Notes: generated by a model from the sequence alone, not told the origin. Positions 13,271 to 27,580 are shown, counted from the first letter of the stretch. The stretch is 64,000 nt of DNA from Macrostomum lignano (GCA_002269645.1 NIVC01000907.1:248001-312000); one strand, 5' to 3'. Numbers and translations are program-made.

Positions 13271-15808
13271 TCACGTTTTCTCCCTAGCAGCGGCAAGGCT
13301 GATCCCTACAGAAGAGGCCGCTGTCCGCTTCAACTCGGCCAGACTGGATGACCGATGCATCCCGGACGAGGGCTGCTGCTTCTGCTGCTGCTTCCGCTTT
13401 CGCTTGCTCCACAGCTCGTGGCAGTCCTGATCCGTGGGCAGGTTGGGCGGCTCGATGGCCGCGGGGTTCACACTGCGCAGCCAGGAGCCGTCCAGGGCCT
13501 GTCTGGCTGTGCAGCGCTTCTCGGGGTCCAGCTGCAGCATGGAGTCCAGCAGGTCCAGCGCGTTGGCTGGCAGCTGGGCGAAGTCCTCGCGCAGCCTGCG
13601 GCGGTGCAGCCGGCGAGGCTTTAAGGTGCCGAAATCGCGCAGGCGGATGACGGACGGCCACACGGCTGGGGTGGGGGTGCCGCACACCTGCACACGGGTA
13701 CGAGCGATGCCAATTAAGGTGCAATGCTGGACAGCATTCTCGGGGAATTACCTACCCTCTGAGCCATCGACCAATATCCTGGACAAATAAATTCCCCAGG
13801 AGCCACCAGTCATCCTGAGCGATTCCCCGTGTCGACTCAATAACTCAATCAATACAAAGAATCAAACAACGTGAGCAATTCCCCAGTGAGTCATTGGATA
13901 TCGTGAGAAATTCACAGTGAGTCATTGGCTATCGTGAACAATTCCCCAATGAGTCATTGGCTATCGTGAACAATTCCCCAATGAGTCATTGCCTATCGTG
14001 AAAAATTCCCCAATGAGTCATTAGGTATCGTGAGCAATTCCCCAATGAGTCATTAGGTATCGTGAACAATTCTCCAATGAGTCATTGGCTATCGTTAGCA
14101 ATTCCCCAATGAGTCATGATCATCGCACCTGGCTAATCGCCTCAAGCTGCTCGGACTCTCTGCTGGCGTGAAACATGGGCCTCCTGGTGAACAGTTCGCC
14201 GAGAATGCAGCCGCAGGACCAGATGTCCACAGCGGATGAGTACTGCAGCTCGCCAAGCAGCAGCTCCGGCGGCCGGTACCACAGCGTGATGACCGGATTG
14301 GTGTACGGCCGCTCCTCGGAGGCGTACAGCCGGGCCAGTCCGAAGTCGGCCAGCTTGATCTGTCCGCAGTTATTCAGCAGAATATTGGAGCACTTGATGT
14401 CGCGGTGCAGGAACCGCTTGCCGTGGCAATAGTGCAGCCCGTCAAGCAGCTGCTTCATTATGCTGGCGATGTGCCGCTCGTGGAACTCCGTGCCGGAGGA
14501 CTCCAGCAGGCCGAACAGGTCGTGGTCCATGTAGTCGAACACCAGGTAGAAGGCCGACTCCTCGTCGATGACGATCTCGCTCAGGCTGACGATGTTGGGG
14601 TGGTGCAGCTGCTTGAGGATCTTGATCTCCCGCACCGCAGTGATGGGGAAGCCCTCCTTCTCCTTCTCCAGCCGGACTCGCTTCAGCGCGCGCAGCTCGC
14701 CGGACTGCCGGTCGCGGGCCTTGTACACCTGGCCGTAGGCGCCTTCGCCCACCTGGGCCAGGATCTCGAAGTCGTACAGAGTGCGCTCCAGGTACACCTG
14801 TGGTCGCGGCGGTGCATGCGGCTCAATGAGGGGAAATCAACCGCATTTAGTGACTCTGATACCACAAATTCACTCACTCCAATATTCCACATTCACTCAT
14901 TCCTATATCACATACTCACTCATATCACACATTCACTCACACCTATATCACACATTCACTCACACCCATATCACACATTCACTCGCTCCCATATCACACA
15001 TTCACTCACACCCATATCACACATTCACTCACACCCATATCACACATTCACTTACACCCATATCACACATTCACTCACTCCCATATCACACATTCACTCA
15101 CACTCATATCACACATTCACTCACTCCCATATCACACATTCACTCACTCCCATGTCACACATTCGTCATTCACACACCCGCCGCCTCACTCACCAAATCC
15201 CGGGCATCCTGGCCTCTCCGCTGGCACAGCGCCGGCCGGGACTCGGCGGGCGGCGGCGGCAGCCGGCTGTTCACCGGCTTTGATTCCGACTGAGCCGCCG
15301 TCGTCACCGCCGCAGGCCTCGACTCTGTCGCCTCCTCGGGCGTCGGCGGATCCGGCGGCGTCCTCGGCGCAGCCGGTCGCATTTTCTTAGAGTCGCCGCT
15401 GTCGCCTGAAGACTTCAGCTTCGAGGACGACTTGTGCTGCACCAGTCTCGACGACGCCGACTCTTGACGGTCAGGTTCGACGGGCTCTGCGGCGGCCGAC
15501 GGCTTGGGCTTGGTCGGCGGCACCACCGGGGAGCAGCCGGTGGTGCGGGAGATCTCCGACCATAGGCCGACGCTGACGCCCGCGGCTGGCTGAGGGGACT
15601 GTTGAAGCTGCGACGAAGACGCCGACGGCGTGTCGCGAGTTCGTTCGCGATCCCGAATGCGACGCCGATCGCCGTAGAAGCCGCCGCCGCTGCCGCTGTC
15701 GCTGCTCGAGCTGCGACTGCGGCTCCGGTGATGCCGCCTGTGCCGTTTTTCCTTCCGGTCTTTTTTCCGGTCCTTCTTGCGCTTCCTGGCCCGGCGGTCT
15801 TCGTCCAT
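13271..15808 (-). CDS. CDK12: Cyclin-dependent kinase 12/13, 3 exons, 566 aa
   Basis: Exons 15808-15194, 14797-14129 and 13687-13271 join in frame. RS/K-rich N-terminus, [55 protein letters not shown]-terminal QDCHELWSK extension. Confidence 0.92.
13875..14117. repeat. 32-bp minisatellite in CDK12 intron 2
   Basis: ATTCCCCAATGAGTCATTGGCTATCGTGAACA repeats. Confidence 0.9.
14870..15170. repeat. 23-bp minisatellite in CDK12 intron 1
   Basis: ATATCACACATTCACTCACACCC repeats. Confidence 0.9.
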
Positions 15809-16019
15809 GGCGGGGTGGCGCGGCGGGGCTGCTCAGGTGCTGCGTGGCCGCTGCTGGAACTTCAGGACATGGAGGATTTCATGCAGATTAGGATTGGGGG
15901 TCATTGTCCAGGTGAGGCATGCGAGATATATGGGAAGGGAGTGGAGAGGATGGAAGGTACGAAGTTAAAAGAGTACAGGGGAGGAGAAGGGAGTGAAGGT
16001 GGGGTGAGAAGGGAGTGAA

Positions 16020-17213
16020 GAGAAGGGAGTGAAGAGAAGGGAGAGATGGGAAGGGAGAGATAGGGAGAGATGGGAGAGATGGAAGGGAGAGATGGGAAGG
16101 GAGAGATGGGGAGAGATGGGAAGGGAGAGATGGGAAGGGAGAGATGGGGAGAGATGGGAAGGGAGTGATGGGAAGGGAGAGATGGAAGGGAGTGATGGGA
16201 AGGGAGAGATGGGAAGGGAGAGATGGGAAGGGAGAGATGGAAGGGAGAGATGGGAAGGGAGAGATGGGAAGGGAGTGATGGGAAGGGAGAGATGGAAGGG
16301 AGAGATGGGAAGGGAGAGATGGGAAGGGAGAGATGGGGAGAGATGGGAAGGGAGTGATGGGAAGGGAGAGATGGAAGGGAGAGATGGAAAGGGAGAGATG
16401 GAAAGGGAGAGATGGGAAGGGAGAGATGGGAAGGGAGAGATGGGAAGGGAGAGATGGGAAGGGAGAGATGGGAAGGGAGAGATGGGAAGGGAGAGATGGA
16501 AGGGGAGAGATGGGAAGGGAGAGATGGGAAGGGAGAGATGGGAAGGGAGAGATGGAAGGGAGAGATGGGAAGGGAGAGATGGGAAGGGAGAGATGGGGAG
16601 AGATGGGAAGGGAGTGATGGGAAGGGAGAGATGGAAGGGAGAGATGGAAAGGGAGAGATGGAAAGGGAGAGATGGGAAGGGAGAGATGGGAAGGGAGAGA
16701 TGGGAAGGGAGAGATGGGAAGGGAGAGATGGGAAGGGAGAGATGGGAAGGGAGAGATGGGAAGGGAGAGATGGAAGGGGAGAGATGGGAAGGGAGAGATG
16801 GGAAGGGAGAGATGGGAAGGGAGAGATGGGAAGGGAGAGATGGAAGGGGAGAGATGGGAAGGGAGAGATGGGAAGGGAGAGATGGGAAGGCAGAGATGGG
16901 AAGGGAGAGATGGGAAGGGAGAGATGGGAAGGGAGAGATGGAAGGGGAGAGATGGGAAGGGAGAGATGGGAAGGGAGAGATGGGAAGGGAGAGATGGAAG
17001 GGAGAGATGGGAAGGGAGAGATGGGGAGAGATGGGAAGGGAGTGATGGGAAGGGAGAGATGGAAAGGGAGAGATGGGAAGGGAGAGATGGGAAGGGAGAG
17101 ATGGGAAGGGAGAGATGGGAAGGGAGAGATGGGAAGGGAGAGATGGGAAGGGAGAGATGGGAAGGGAGAGATGGAAGGGGAGAGATGGGAAGGGAGAGAT
17201 GGGAAGGGAGAGA
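16020..17213. repeat. 14-bp purine-rich satellite (GGGAAGGGAGAGAT) upstream of the CDK12 ATG
   Basis: 1.2-kb homogeneous array. Confidence 0.95.
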
Positions 17214-17728
17214 GAATGCATGCAGTTGTGGCACTGATAGCAAGACCGACGTTAGGCTTACGTCATTTGATAATCACAAGTGGACTGCAATAAACTGCAA
17301 TAGTTAGTATAATAGACTCTGTTTATTAAAATAACAGTTAGCAATAGAAATCTCTCAAGTTGAACAAGCAAAAAGATACAATACCGCGAAAAAGCTACAG
17401 TCTAAGGCGTATCACAGGTGTGCTATAAAAATTGAAGTCACACTAAGGCTAGGAAATCAAAAAGAAAACTTTGAGTATTTATCAAAAAAATTCAAACAGT
17501 AAAGTTTTGCTGCTTTTGGCAAAAAAGTTACCACTCAAATCTGAAAAAAACTTTCAAAAGACAAGCGCTGCGCTAAAGGCCGTTACTAAAAAACTTGAAA
17601 TCTCAAATCACATATAGAACATGCGCGATATAGTCTACTTATAAGTCAATATTACCAGTAGGCAAGTAGGGAATTCTTGCGTCGCAATTTAGGAAATGTC
17701 TCTAAAGAGTTAAAATATGTTTTGCTGA

Positions 17729-20700
17729 TCAGAGATGCAGCGCTGTCAGCTCCAGGTTCAGCCCGGATGCGCCACCACCGCCGCCGCTCTGCCGGCGCCC
17801 ATCCGAGCTGCGACTTCTTCGGCCTCCGACTTCGCCGCCGCCGCCGCCGCGACCGAAAGCGACTGGTGCCGCCGCCGGTCGGCTCCGCCTGCTGTGCTGA
17901 CTGGCAGCCGCGGCCGGCAGAGGCGGCAGGTGAGCGATAGTCGAACTTGTCGAGGACGCTGACGACAGCAGACGATTGCCACTCAGCTGGAGGCCTTGGA
18001 CTTGAAATTGCGTCGAACCCGACGATGCTGAGAAATTATTCTGTTGAGATTGCTGCCGCTGCTGCTGCTGGGGCTCAGGCGGCTTCACCTCGATGCTGTC
18101 CAACGGGCAGAGGCAGGACCGGTGCAGCAGGAGGGGGTCGATGCAGCCGCTGTGCATCACGTGACGGCAGGGGGCCAGCTGGCGGACCTGCTGGCCGGGC
18201 AGGAAGGCCATGAGGCAGAGCGGGCACTGGCGGCCCGGCCGGGTCAGCGTGTGGCCCCGCTGCACCGTCCAGTGGCGGAGGCGGCCGAGCGCCGACTCGG
18301 TCAGGTGGCTGCCAGCAGCCGGGGCGTCCAGTGCCATCAGCGCTTCGTAGTCAGCTTCGCCGAAGTCGCCCGGACGGGACTGCGGCATGGGGAGCAGAGG
18401 AATTGAAAAAGTGCTGCCTGTACTTTTTTATTTCAGAAAATAACGCTTGCGTAACGGAACTTGCGGTCTAGCATTTTTATGACCCTGGATCAGGTTGGGA
18501 TCATTGGGATCATGAATCTACACTGTATTTGGGATCTATAGGATTACGGATCTATTTGGGATTAATGGGATCATGGATTTATTTGGAATCAATAGAATCA
18601 TGGATTGATTTAGGATCCATGGGATAATGGGTCTATTTGGGATCCATGGGATAATGGATCTATTTGGGATCCATGGGATAATGGATCTATTTGGGATCCA
18701 TGGGATAATGGATCTATTTGGGATCAATGGAATCCCGGATCTATTTGGGATCAATGGGATTATGGATCTATTTGGGATCAATGGGATTATGGATCTATTT
18801 GGGATCAATGGGATTATGGATCTATTTGGGATCTATGGAATTATGGATTTTTTTGGGATCAATGGGATTATGGATCTATTTGGAATCTATGGGATCATGG
18901 ACCTATTTGGGATCAATGGGATCATGGATCTATTTGGAATCTATGGGATCATGGACCTATTTGGGATCAATGGGATCATGGATCTATTTGGAATCTATGG
19001 GATCATGGATCTATTTGGGATCAATGGGATCATGGATCTATTTGGAATCTATGGGATCATGGACCTATTTGGGATCAATGGGATCATGGATCTATTTGGA
19101 ATCTATGGGATCATGGATCTATTTGGGATCAATGGGATCATGGATCTATTTGGAATCTATGGGATCATGGATCTATTTGGGATCAATGGGATCATGGATC
19201 TATTTGGAATCTATGGGATCATGGACCTATTTGGGATCAATGGGATCATGGATCTATTTGGAATCTATGGGATCATGGATCTATTTGGGATCATGGATGT
19301 GGACTTCTAACAGAGCAGTTCCGGCCAACCTGGAGCAGGCCGGCCACAGACAGCGGCACGCCGATGCCGGCCAGCCGGTCAACCGGACGCCACTGCTGTC
19401 CGGGACGCTCGCGGAATTGAAACACCGAGACAGAGGCGCCGCCAGCCGGTCGCTGGCTATTGTGCTGCTGCGGATGCACCTGCGGCGAGTTGAAGCACCG
19501 CTGGCACATGTGAAAGTCGCGGCACACCGAGCAGCGGTACAGCTTGCCTGCGGGGAAGGTTTGGCAACATATAGAGCGGCAATGAGAGAGCAGGAATAGA
19601 GTAAATATGAGACTAAATAAGTGAATAAGACTAAACTATGAATAACAGGGCAAGATTTCAGGAAGACGGAGAACAATTTCTTTAAAGGGAGAAGGAAGAG
19701 TCATGGGAAGAATGGGAGCGAAAGAAAAAGAGAGGCAGAGAAGAAAATGGAGGTAGGAAGAGAAGGAGATGGGAAGAGAGCTAGGAGGGGGGAGAGAGAG
19801 GAGGGGGAGAGATAGGGAAGTGGAAACAGAAGAGGGGAGGAGAGGGAAAAGGGGGTAGGGAGAGAGGAAGACGGAGAGCCAGAGGGAGAGGGAGGTATGG
19901 AAGGGGAGGGAGAGGGAGGGAAGTAGTGAGGGGGAGAGAGGGGAGGAGAGGAAGAGGGAGTGAGAGAGGCACAATGGGAGAGGTGGAGAGGAATAATAGG
20001 AGGGAGCAAGATTAGGAGGGGATCTATTGGAAGATAGTATAAACATAAGAACGTGAGGCCACGAACAGCCAAACCAGCATCAGACGGCTGTCCCGCTCCC
20101 GCACTCAAAGCACAGCGACTCACCCAGCACGGCAGCCTCGCCGCAGCCGGAGCAGGCGATTTTGTGAGCGGTCACCACAGCCTGCTTGGCTGCGGACGCG
20201 TTGCCCAGCTCCTGCATCAGCAGCGCGTAGGGCGCGAAGTCGCCGCGGCACATCGGGCAGGCAATGTTGACGTTGGCGGCGGCTCCGCCCTGTTGCTGTT
20301 TCTTCTGATGCGTGGTCCAGACGTGCATGCAGCGCATGTGGATTGAGTTGCCGCAGGTGAGCCGGCAGTAGGTGACGGGCAGGCGGCTGGCCAGCAGCTC
20401 CTCCTGGCAGATGGGGCAGACGTCCTCCTCGCTGATGGGTCTCTGGGCAGCTTCTGCCAGCGATGAGATTTGTGTGATTGCAGACTGATTAGTGTGTGAT
20501 TGCAGACTGATTAGTGTGTGATTGCAGACTGATTAGTGTGTGATTGCAGACTGATTAGTGTGTGATTGCAGACTGATTAGTGTGATTGCAGACTGATTAG
20601 TGTGTGATTGCAGACTGATTAGTGTGTGATTGCAGACTGATTAGTGTGTGATTGCAGACTGATTTGTGTGATTGCAGACTGATTAGTGTGATTGCAGACT

Positions 20701-21361
20701 GATTAGTGTGTTTCAGACTGATTTGTGTGTGTGATTGCAGACTGATTAGTGTGTGTGATTGCAGACTGATTTGTGTGATTGCAGACTGATTAGTGTGTGA
20801 TTGCAGACTGATTAGTGTGTGATTGCAGACTGATTAGTGTGTGATTGCAGACTGATTTGTGTGTGATTGCAGACTGATTAGTGTGATTGCAGACCTTAAA
20901 AATTCATAGTCAAGGCCTCCCTCACCAGCAGAAGCAGCCGGGTTGGGTCTCTTGCTGCCATCCTCGGCTCCGCCATTGCTGCTTCCAGAAGCAGCAGCAG
21001 TGGAAGCAGCAGCGGCAGCAGCAGACCGTCTCCTCCTGGCGCCAGTCAGCAGGCCGTTGATCTCGCGCTCCACCAGGCCAGCCTGCCAGCTCAGCGGGTC
21101 GTCCCGGTCGATGCGAAACCTCCGCAGCAGCAGCCAGCAGATGTGCCGGCAGAGGTCGCGGTCCCGACGAAACTCCGAACAGCTGCAGTGGTGCGGATCG
21201 CCGATCAGCACTTTGATGTGCTTGGGCGAGCCGTCCTCCTGCAGCAGGAAGCCGGTCGGGCCGATCTCACGCAGGATGAAAATGGTGGCGCCCAGGGCCT
21301 GCTCTTGGCGCCAGTTTACTGTGTCCGAAATAGTGCGCCGGTAAGGCGTGGAGCGGGACAT
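17729..21361 (-). CDS. ZSWIM2: E3 ubiquitin ligase ZSWIM2/MEX (SWIM-RING-ZZ-RING), 4 exons, 544 aa
   Basis: Exons 21361-20926, 20453-20124, 19547-19330 and 18379-17729 total 1635 nt. SWIM finger (CSC...CRHICW), RING (CPIC...CGNSIHMRC), ZZ finger (CSGC...YRCSVCRDFHMCQRC), DYEALMALD and a second RING (CPLC...CRHVMHSGC...CPLD). Confidence 0.9.
18490..19300. repeat. 27-bp minisatellite (54-bp dimer) in ZSWIM2 intron 3
   Basis: GGGATCATGGATCTATTTGGGATCAAT alternating with a GGAATCTAT variant. Confidence 0.95.
20470..20893. repeat. About 22-bp minisatellite in ZSWIM2 intron 1
   Basis: GTGTGATTGCAGACTGATTAGT repeats. Confidence 0.92.
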
Positions 21362-21430
21362 TGTGCTGCAGTGCAATGTATGCAGATATTTCTCTGTATG
21401 CAGAACTGCTTATATAGAAATTTTATAATA

Positions 21431-21653
21431 GGGGTTTGTAGCCTAGTGGTTAGAGCGTCGGACTTACAACTTGAAGGTTGGAGTTCGATTCCAGATTCCA
21501 CTGGAACAAGATCCCACTTGTGTGGCGACCCCCCCCCCAGTCCTTGGACTAAACAGCCATATGCAGCCTTCAGATGGTTGTGCAATAGCTGCAGCTGAGC
21601 TTTCAATTGCACATTTGCCGATTAGGGCACATGCAATCAATTATTATTATTAT
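21431..21653 (+). mobile_element. Internally deleted, CpG-decayed copy of the same tRNA-SINE family
   Basis: Head and 3' half align with 46897-47195. The Deu/Nin-like core is missing. (TTA)n tail. Confidence 0.85.
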
Positions 21654-24600
21654 GTTCCAACTCTTTTTTAGTACCCAACAAGCAGATTGATTGTTCCCAA
21701 AGACTGCTTGCAACTCAAAGAATTTCTGCTTGAGTTGCTCTTTACTATACTTTATTATAGGTGTATACTTTATTATAAGTGTATACTTGAATTTATGTAA
21801 TGTATTTTTGTAAAGGTAATTTTCTTTATTATATTATTGTGGCAGTTGGGTTGCCACTTCAATTTTGCAATTCTTTTAATAATTTTGCATTCAATTTACT
21901 AAGTTTTTGAGAATTAAATGTGCCCCAACTCCCAGAAATTTTTATATATTTTTTCAATAGTTGCTTATTTTGTCACTTTCCTATATGTTGTCCTTTGTCC
22001 CAATTTTTGTTCCTCCAATTTGTCCTACCTATGAATCAATGTTTCCTACTCTTGTTTGTTTTTTTTTCTTGTAATTTCTACGTAAACTGCCATTGCTCAA
22101 CCTTGTGCCCTTCCTTTGCCCAACCAGCTGCCCAGCTGCCCATCCAAGTTTTGCCTCTGTTGTTGGAATTTATGTTAACTATTTATTTTGCATGCTTCAA
22201 GCACTGCTAATTCAAATTCTGCTTCTTTCTTTCTCCTTTATTTACCTTTTTCAAAAACTTACTCCGGCTCTGCTCATCGAATCATTTTGGTCGCACCATA
22301 ATATTTATTACCTGCCTAAAATATTTAATTTTCTAACCCTTAGTTAATAATAATAATAATTAATATTAAACAATAATATTTTTATTAACAAATAAGAAGC
22401 CTATAGTCTATTTTGAGTTATTGCCTATGGGGTATAAAACAAACCAAGTTCTTATCTTAAAGAAAGTTTTAAGACAAATCCATTCTGTAATGTGAGAATT
22501 ATGGTAGTGGCAGCTCTACCCTACTGAAAGTAATATCTGTGCAACAAATTGACACTCTAATTTGCATGTCAGGATCTTTGGCATCCACTTTTTGAACAAT
22601 AATGACAATAGTGCCGCTAAATGACTGCTTTGCTACGATTGCAACTACTCTCCCCCTGGAATTCGAGGACCCCGGCAGTTGGAGTAAACAGAAGAAAGAA
22701 TTTCCATTGCAATTCATCTGTGCAACGTTTCTGGACTTATTTGTGCAAATGCAATGCCAATTGGTTTCTAAGAAACCCAACTTCAAAACCTGACCCCAAT
22801 GGACCACCAAACCCCAATTATTTTTTTTTCTTTCTCCACCCCCATCTCAATATTTTAATTTTAAAGAAATACAATATAAAATTTAAATATCTATTGTCGT
22901 GTATTGAGAAAAGAGTTAGGCCTACAAGCTGGCTATAGTTACAATTATAATATTGAATGTAAAGAGTTCATAGTTATTTAATATGCTTGGCCAGCTAATA
23001 TGAGCAGTGTTATGAGCCCAGAGCCCTATCCAATGATGATACCAATGCATTTGATTTTCCTGTTGCAAAGCTTATTCATTATAAACAAAAAGTTAGTTTC
23101 TAGAATCCTAATTTTCTAAACAAAACAAAAGCTCTATGAATTATTAATATCTATAAGTAAGCTATAAGTAAGGCATATAAAAAGATGAACGTTAGGTTTT
23201 CTCCTATCTAAAGCAAAAAAAATTTTACTGTAAGAGTGAAAAAATGTAAATTGTTATGTAAGTAAGCCTAGCCACCATTCTCCGTCCTCCGCATAAATAA
23301 TGTAGAAATTCTTAGGGCCTAAGCAAAACCTGCTTCCTAAAAGAATTTCAATAAATGTAGTATAACGTTCTTCTACGTCCTCGCTTAAAATACGATAATA
23401 TAAAATTAATTATGAACCTGAAAGTGAAAAGAGACCTAAGCTGATTCAGCATGTTCTACATTAGGCCTAGCACGACCCACTGCTGCAGCTGCGAAGTTGT
23501 TGAACTAAGACCGAAATAAATTTGTAATTGTTACTTAAATGTTTTGTTAATAACTGTAAAATACTAATTAAGTTTTAAGGTAATTACATTTTGTAATGTA
23601 ACACCTAATTAAAAAAACAGATTTGTTAAACGTAGTAATATTTTTTTAAATGCATTTTTTTCATAGAAGCTAATTGTCACTTGTCAGTTAAAGTACATTA
23701 CGTTAAACGTAGATATTTCAAAGGCGCATATTGTGTTTTCGTGTACGATTTATTAAATGAATGCTTTCATTCTGCTTCAATTTTCAGTTTTTAACTTTTT
23801 TATTTTGTTTCCTTTTTTCTGGTTGCCAGGCAACAGCAATCATTAGGCCCTAATTGTAGACATAGACCCCTACTGGCCTACCCTATCATAAAATTTAACA
23901 GCCAAGCCAAGTTGAGCCAACAATAAGTCTAAGAGTTTTATTGATATTGCTACTTATTAATTAAAGCAACTATAGGCCCTAATATGTCTCTTGCCAATTA
24001 TTATGCTTTCTAGCTACTTTTAGTTAGTCATTTTGTCTTTACAGGTTTTTATTGGCCTACCCTAACCTCTTTTCTATCATAGTGGAGATCATGTAAATAT
24101 AAATTAATATGCTGGAACATAAAACAAACAACGGATGTCAATAATGATTGTTTGTCAATGTATATATGCTAAGTTTTTTATGCCATTATAACATGCCAGT
24201 AGAATTATTAGGTAGGCCCTACAAACTATTTACCTAGGCCTAATTATAATTTCTAACCAAATTTATGCCAGAAATTCTTAATTTCCATTCTTTCTTCTTA
24301 GGATTTATACCTAGTTCCCCAGTGAGCTCTGTGAAACTTATGTTCTTGCGCTCTTATCGAGTCATGCAAAATGAATAAGTCTTCACAAAAACAAATCAAC
24401 TTTATGGCTGCAGCCCAATGCAAATCTAACTAACCAAAACCACAGTTGCCCGCCCTCGAGCAACTGAGACCACAAATATATATTAGCACTAGCACTTACA
24501 TAAAAGGGAGGTGGGTGCTGAGTGCATGTACAAGCTACATGACTCAAAGAGGGGGGTTGGACTTCAATCATACAGAAACAAAAACTAAATAATATATAAA

Positions 24601-24779
24601 TATCTTAAATCAGAAATAAAAATATACCTTCTCTTGCCAACAACCTATGAACCCAGTTGTGGGGAAAGAGCAAATTTCACAAGTAAGGTGTCATTTTAAA
24701 GAGAAAAATCTAATCTATATAACAAGTATAGTTTTGTCCCTAGTCCGCGCCACTTTTGGCGCCCACCACAGCCCTAGTA

Positions 24780-25106
24780 GTGAGACAACTGAGTCCCTGT
24801 ACAAGCGCACAGGCCTGATGCGGCCTTCTGCCCTGCTGAGTCAGCGGCATCTATGGCTTGCCAGATATGTCATCCAGGCTGAAGTCTATTGCCCAGAGCC
24901 ATTGCAGGATATCCTACTTTGGACCCTACAGGGACATGCAGGTATGGCTAGGGACAATCAGCCTGCTATATCAACCACCTTTTTGAAGATGCGCAAGCAC
25001 CCAGCCAGGTGGCCTGTGTGAAGCACATTAGAGACCTAGCTCTGAAATGTGCAATTTGATGCTCTCCCCTCTTTGCCACTCCCATGGCTGGCATGGGACA
25101 TAACTA
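24780..25106 (+). mobile_element. Probable 3' remnant of an RTE-like LINE with a (TAT)n tail
   Basis: QRHLWLARYVIQ...PEPLQDILLWTLQG resembles the post-RT RRLxLAGH...EP...LLWxPxG region, and it ends in (TAT)n at about 25085-25106. Confidence 0.4.
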
Positions 25107-26316
25107 TTATTATTATTATTATTATAGTTTTGTAAGGATTCACTGCAGAAAAAAAGGAACAGGCTCCAGTTGAAATGTTTGTCGTAAGATTATTTCTTTA
25201 TAAAAGTACATTTCCTTATGCACATTAAAACTCAAGCTAAAAATGTTCAAGGGTTATAGGTGTGCCCTACAAAGATGCATAACATTATTGGGTTGTTTTA
25301 TTTCAACTGTAACAAAAATTTGGCACTTTGGTAGCAAAAAATGAAAAGTTAGGAATGTACTTTTAGTTTTTTATTATTTTTTCTATACTGCTAATAGTTA
25401 AACATACATACTATGCACCATTTGATACACAATTCAAAGATATACAAGTGTGGAAATTTTCAATTCTTAAACATTTTAAGTAATGAAGTTATAGACAAAA
25501 GACTAAAAATCATGATCTCAAACTGCTTTGAGGAAAAGTGCTCATTATAATTTTTGGAATATGAAAGAAACAATTAAATGCTGTCATTTAATTCCAAACT
25601 AACTATACTTTGAAGGTATTGTAATGATTTTTCTTGAAAAAGCAAAACATGTTTAAATATTTGAAAAATGGAAAAAAGTACCTTTTCATAGAAATATACT
25701 CTTTTGATTGCTTGATCAAATTTCCAACAAAAAATAGTTACTTTCCTGTTGCCCTAGTGCAAAACATTATTAGGATGAATTTTTGAAATTGTATTCTATG
25801 CCAAAAGTCAATTGAAGCTTAATATTTATAAACATTAGAAACAGGACCACTAATGGATATTTTACTTTTGTTACTTACTTTAATGGACTAAACTGGCACT
25901 GGCAAAGACAAATTTGAGAGAAACTAATTGCTCCATTGTATTTGGCTCCAGCCTAAATCATTTGCCTTTTATACTGCAGTTGGTTGAAATCTGCTACAGA
26001 TCATTCACAGTCTAGAAACAACTTGACTGAGGAGAAAATCATACTTTAACAAGATATTTTAACAAAGTAAAACAAAAGTAAGCTGATTGTACAGATTGTA
26101 CATTTATATGCAAAAGTACTCCAAAATGCAAAAAAGAACATTGTGATAGTGTTTAGACGACTTTAAACTTTAAATAAACATACTAACTCATGTAAACATA
26201 TAAACTACATTAAAATATAATGACTTGCATTATATTTTGACTAAGTTTGAGTGAATATGTTGCCTTCAAATATATGTAGATTCATTTAGGCAGACAGTCA
26301 AAATCGCAGTTAAAGA

Positions 26317-27580
26317 TCAGGTATGCCATTGCTGAAAACAGGCTTCCAAGCAGAGCCCTGGTTCCCCTGGACACTCAGGAAAGCAATAGACCATGCACTT
26401 GCTGCTTCCAGCTCTGTAGCAGACATGGCAGTCCTTTGTTGGGTCTTGGCTTACTGTCCCACACCACAATCTTCATTAGAAAGTGTGGACTGACTTGGCC
26501 ACCTGGAGTGGCTTGGATGGCAGTGACTGGGTGCTTCCTGCTCGCTCCTTCTGGTATGCTCCACCAGCTACCAAATGCTGGCCTAAGAAACTTGGCAAAT
26601 GTTTTCTCTCCATTGCACCAGCTATACATAATCCAAGTGTTATGAATCATTTGAAGAAATAGGTGCAAGCCAAGCTTAAAAAACCACTTACATAGTTTTC
26701 TTCCCTGGCAGATGAGGCTGTAGATGACTGTCCATTCTGTCAACACCACCCATGCACCAATAATAGGTGAGAACTGATCTGCTCTTCTGCACCACTGTTT
26801 CTGCTCCTTTACAAACCGTGCATCTGGTTTGAACACTCTCAGTCACCTCATTTGTGTCTAGCAAATATAGAGTCTTCAGGCCACTCTCCTTTTGTTCAAC
26901 AATCTTGACAGCTAGCATCCTATCTTTGTGCATGAAGGTGACATCATTAGGTGGAATGTGCAGCTGTCTGAGCTCAATTGGCATACCTTGGTTGGCCCAG
27001 ATAGTACAAGTCAGGTGCATTCCTTGAGTGAGCAAGTACTCTGACAGCCAATAGGAACCAAACCATTTGTTGACAAAGATGCAGTAGCCTTGGTGCAGCT
27101 AGTTGTAGCAGAGCTCAATAACAATCTTCTCACTAAAGGACGGATTGTCTCCCTGCAACTGTTCATCAAACCAGTGGTTCTCCTCTGGGGTTAAGTGAAT
27201 GCAGAAGTTGTACAGGTAGCCTGATTTGGCCTCACATGCACAATATAGCTTTATTCCATACTTAGCCTGCTTTGTTGGAATATATTGTTTGAAGCGCAGG
27301 TGACCTTTGTACAACACCAAAGACTTATCCATGCTCATATCCTCCTTAGGCCTATACACATTAATGCAAGCATCTCTCAAAGCCTGCAGCAATGGATGGA
27401 TCTTAAAGAGAGGATCATTGACAATTAGATTCTTAGCGCAATCGTAGAAATGGAGCAGACCAAGTAGCTGCTTGAAGCAGTCTCTAGAGAGAGCTTGAGG
27501 TGCTTGAAAGTACAGAGCACTATAGTAACTGTCTGTGCTCCAGTACTCGTTCTTAGTTTTTGGCCTTATTCTTAGTCAAT
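26317..27580 (-). pseudogene. Decayed piggyBac transposase (5'-truncated)
   Basis: EYWSTD...LLHFYD...DPLFKIHPL, MSMDKSLVLYKGHLRFKQYIPTKQAKYGIKLY, MGGVDRMD, and C-terminal CHVC...CPGEPGLCLEACFQQWH, with stops and frameshifts. Confidence 0.88.

Noticed and set aside
576-15283. Many antisense and alternate-frame ORFs over host exons (e.g. 576-1226, 14405-15283)
   Set aside because: Expected shadows of GC-rich coding sequence with few stop codons.
15888-17307. Long ORFs of 211-451 aa (SLPISPFP / GRERWE repeats)
   Set aside because: Translations of the 14-bp purine satellite, open in several frames on both strands.
18627-19599. 227-aa and 293-aa repetitive ORFs
   Set aside because: The 27-bp unit is a multiple of 3 and lies in a ZSWIM2 intron on the opposite strand.
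22499-22938. Short ORFs in the AT-rich block
   Set aside because: No recognisable domain, and the surrounding sequence is decayed.
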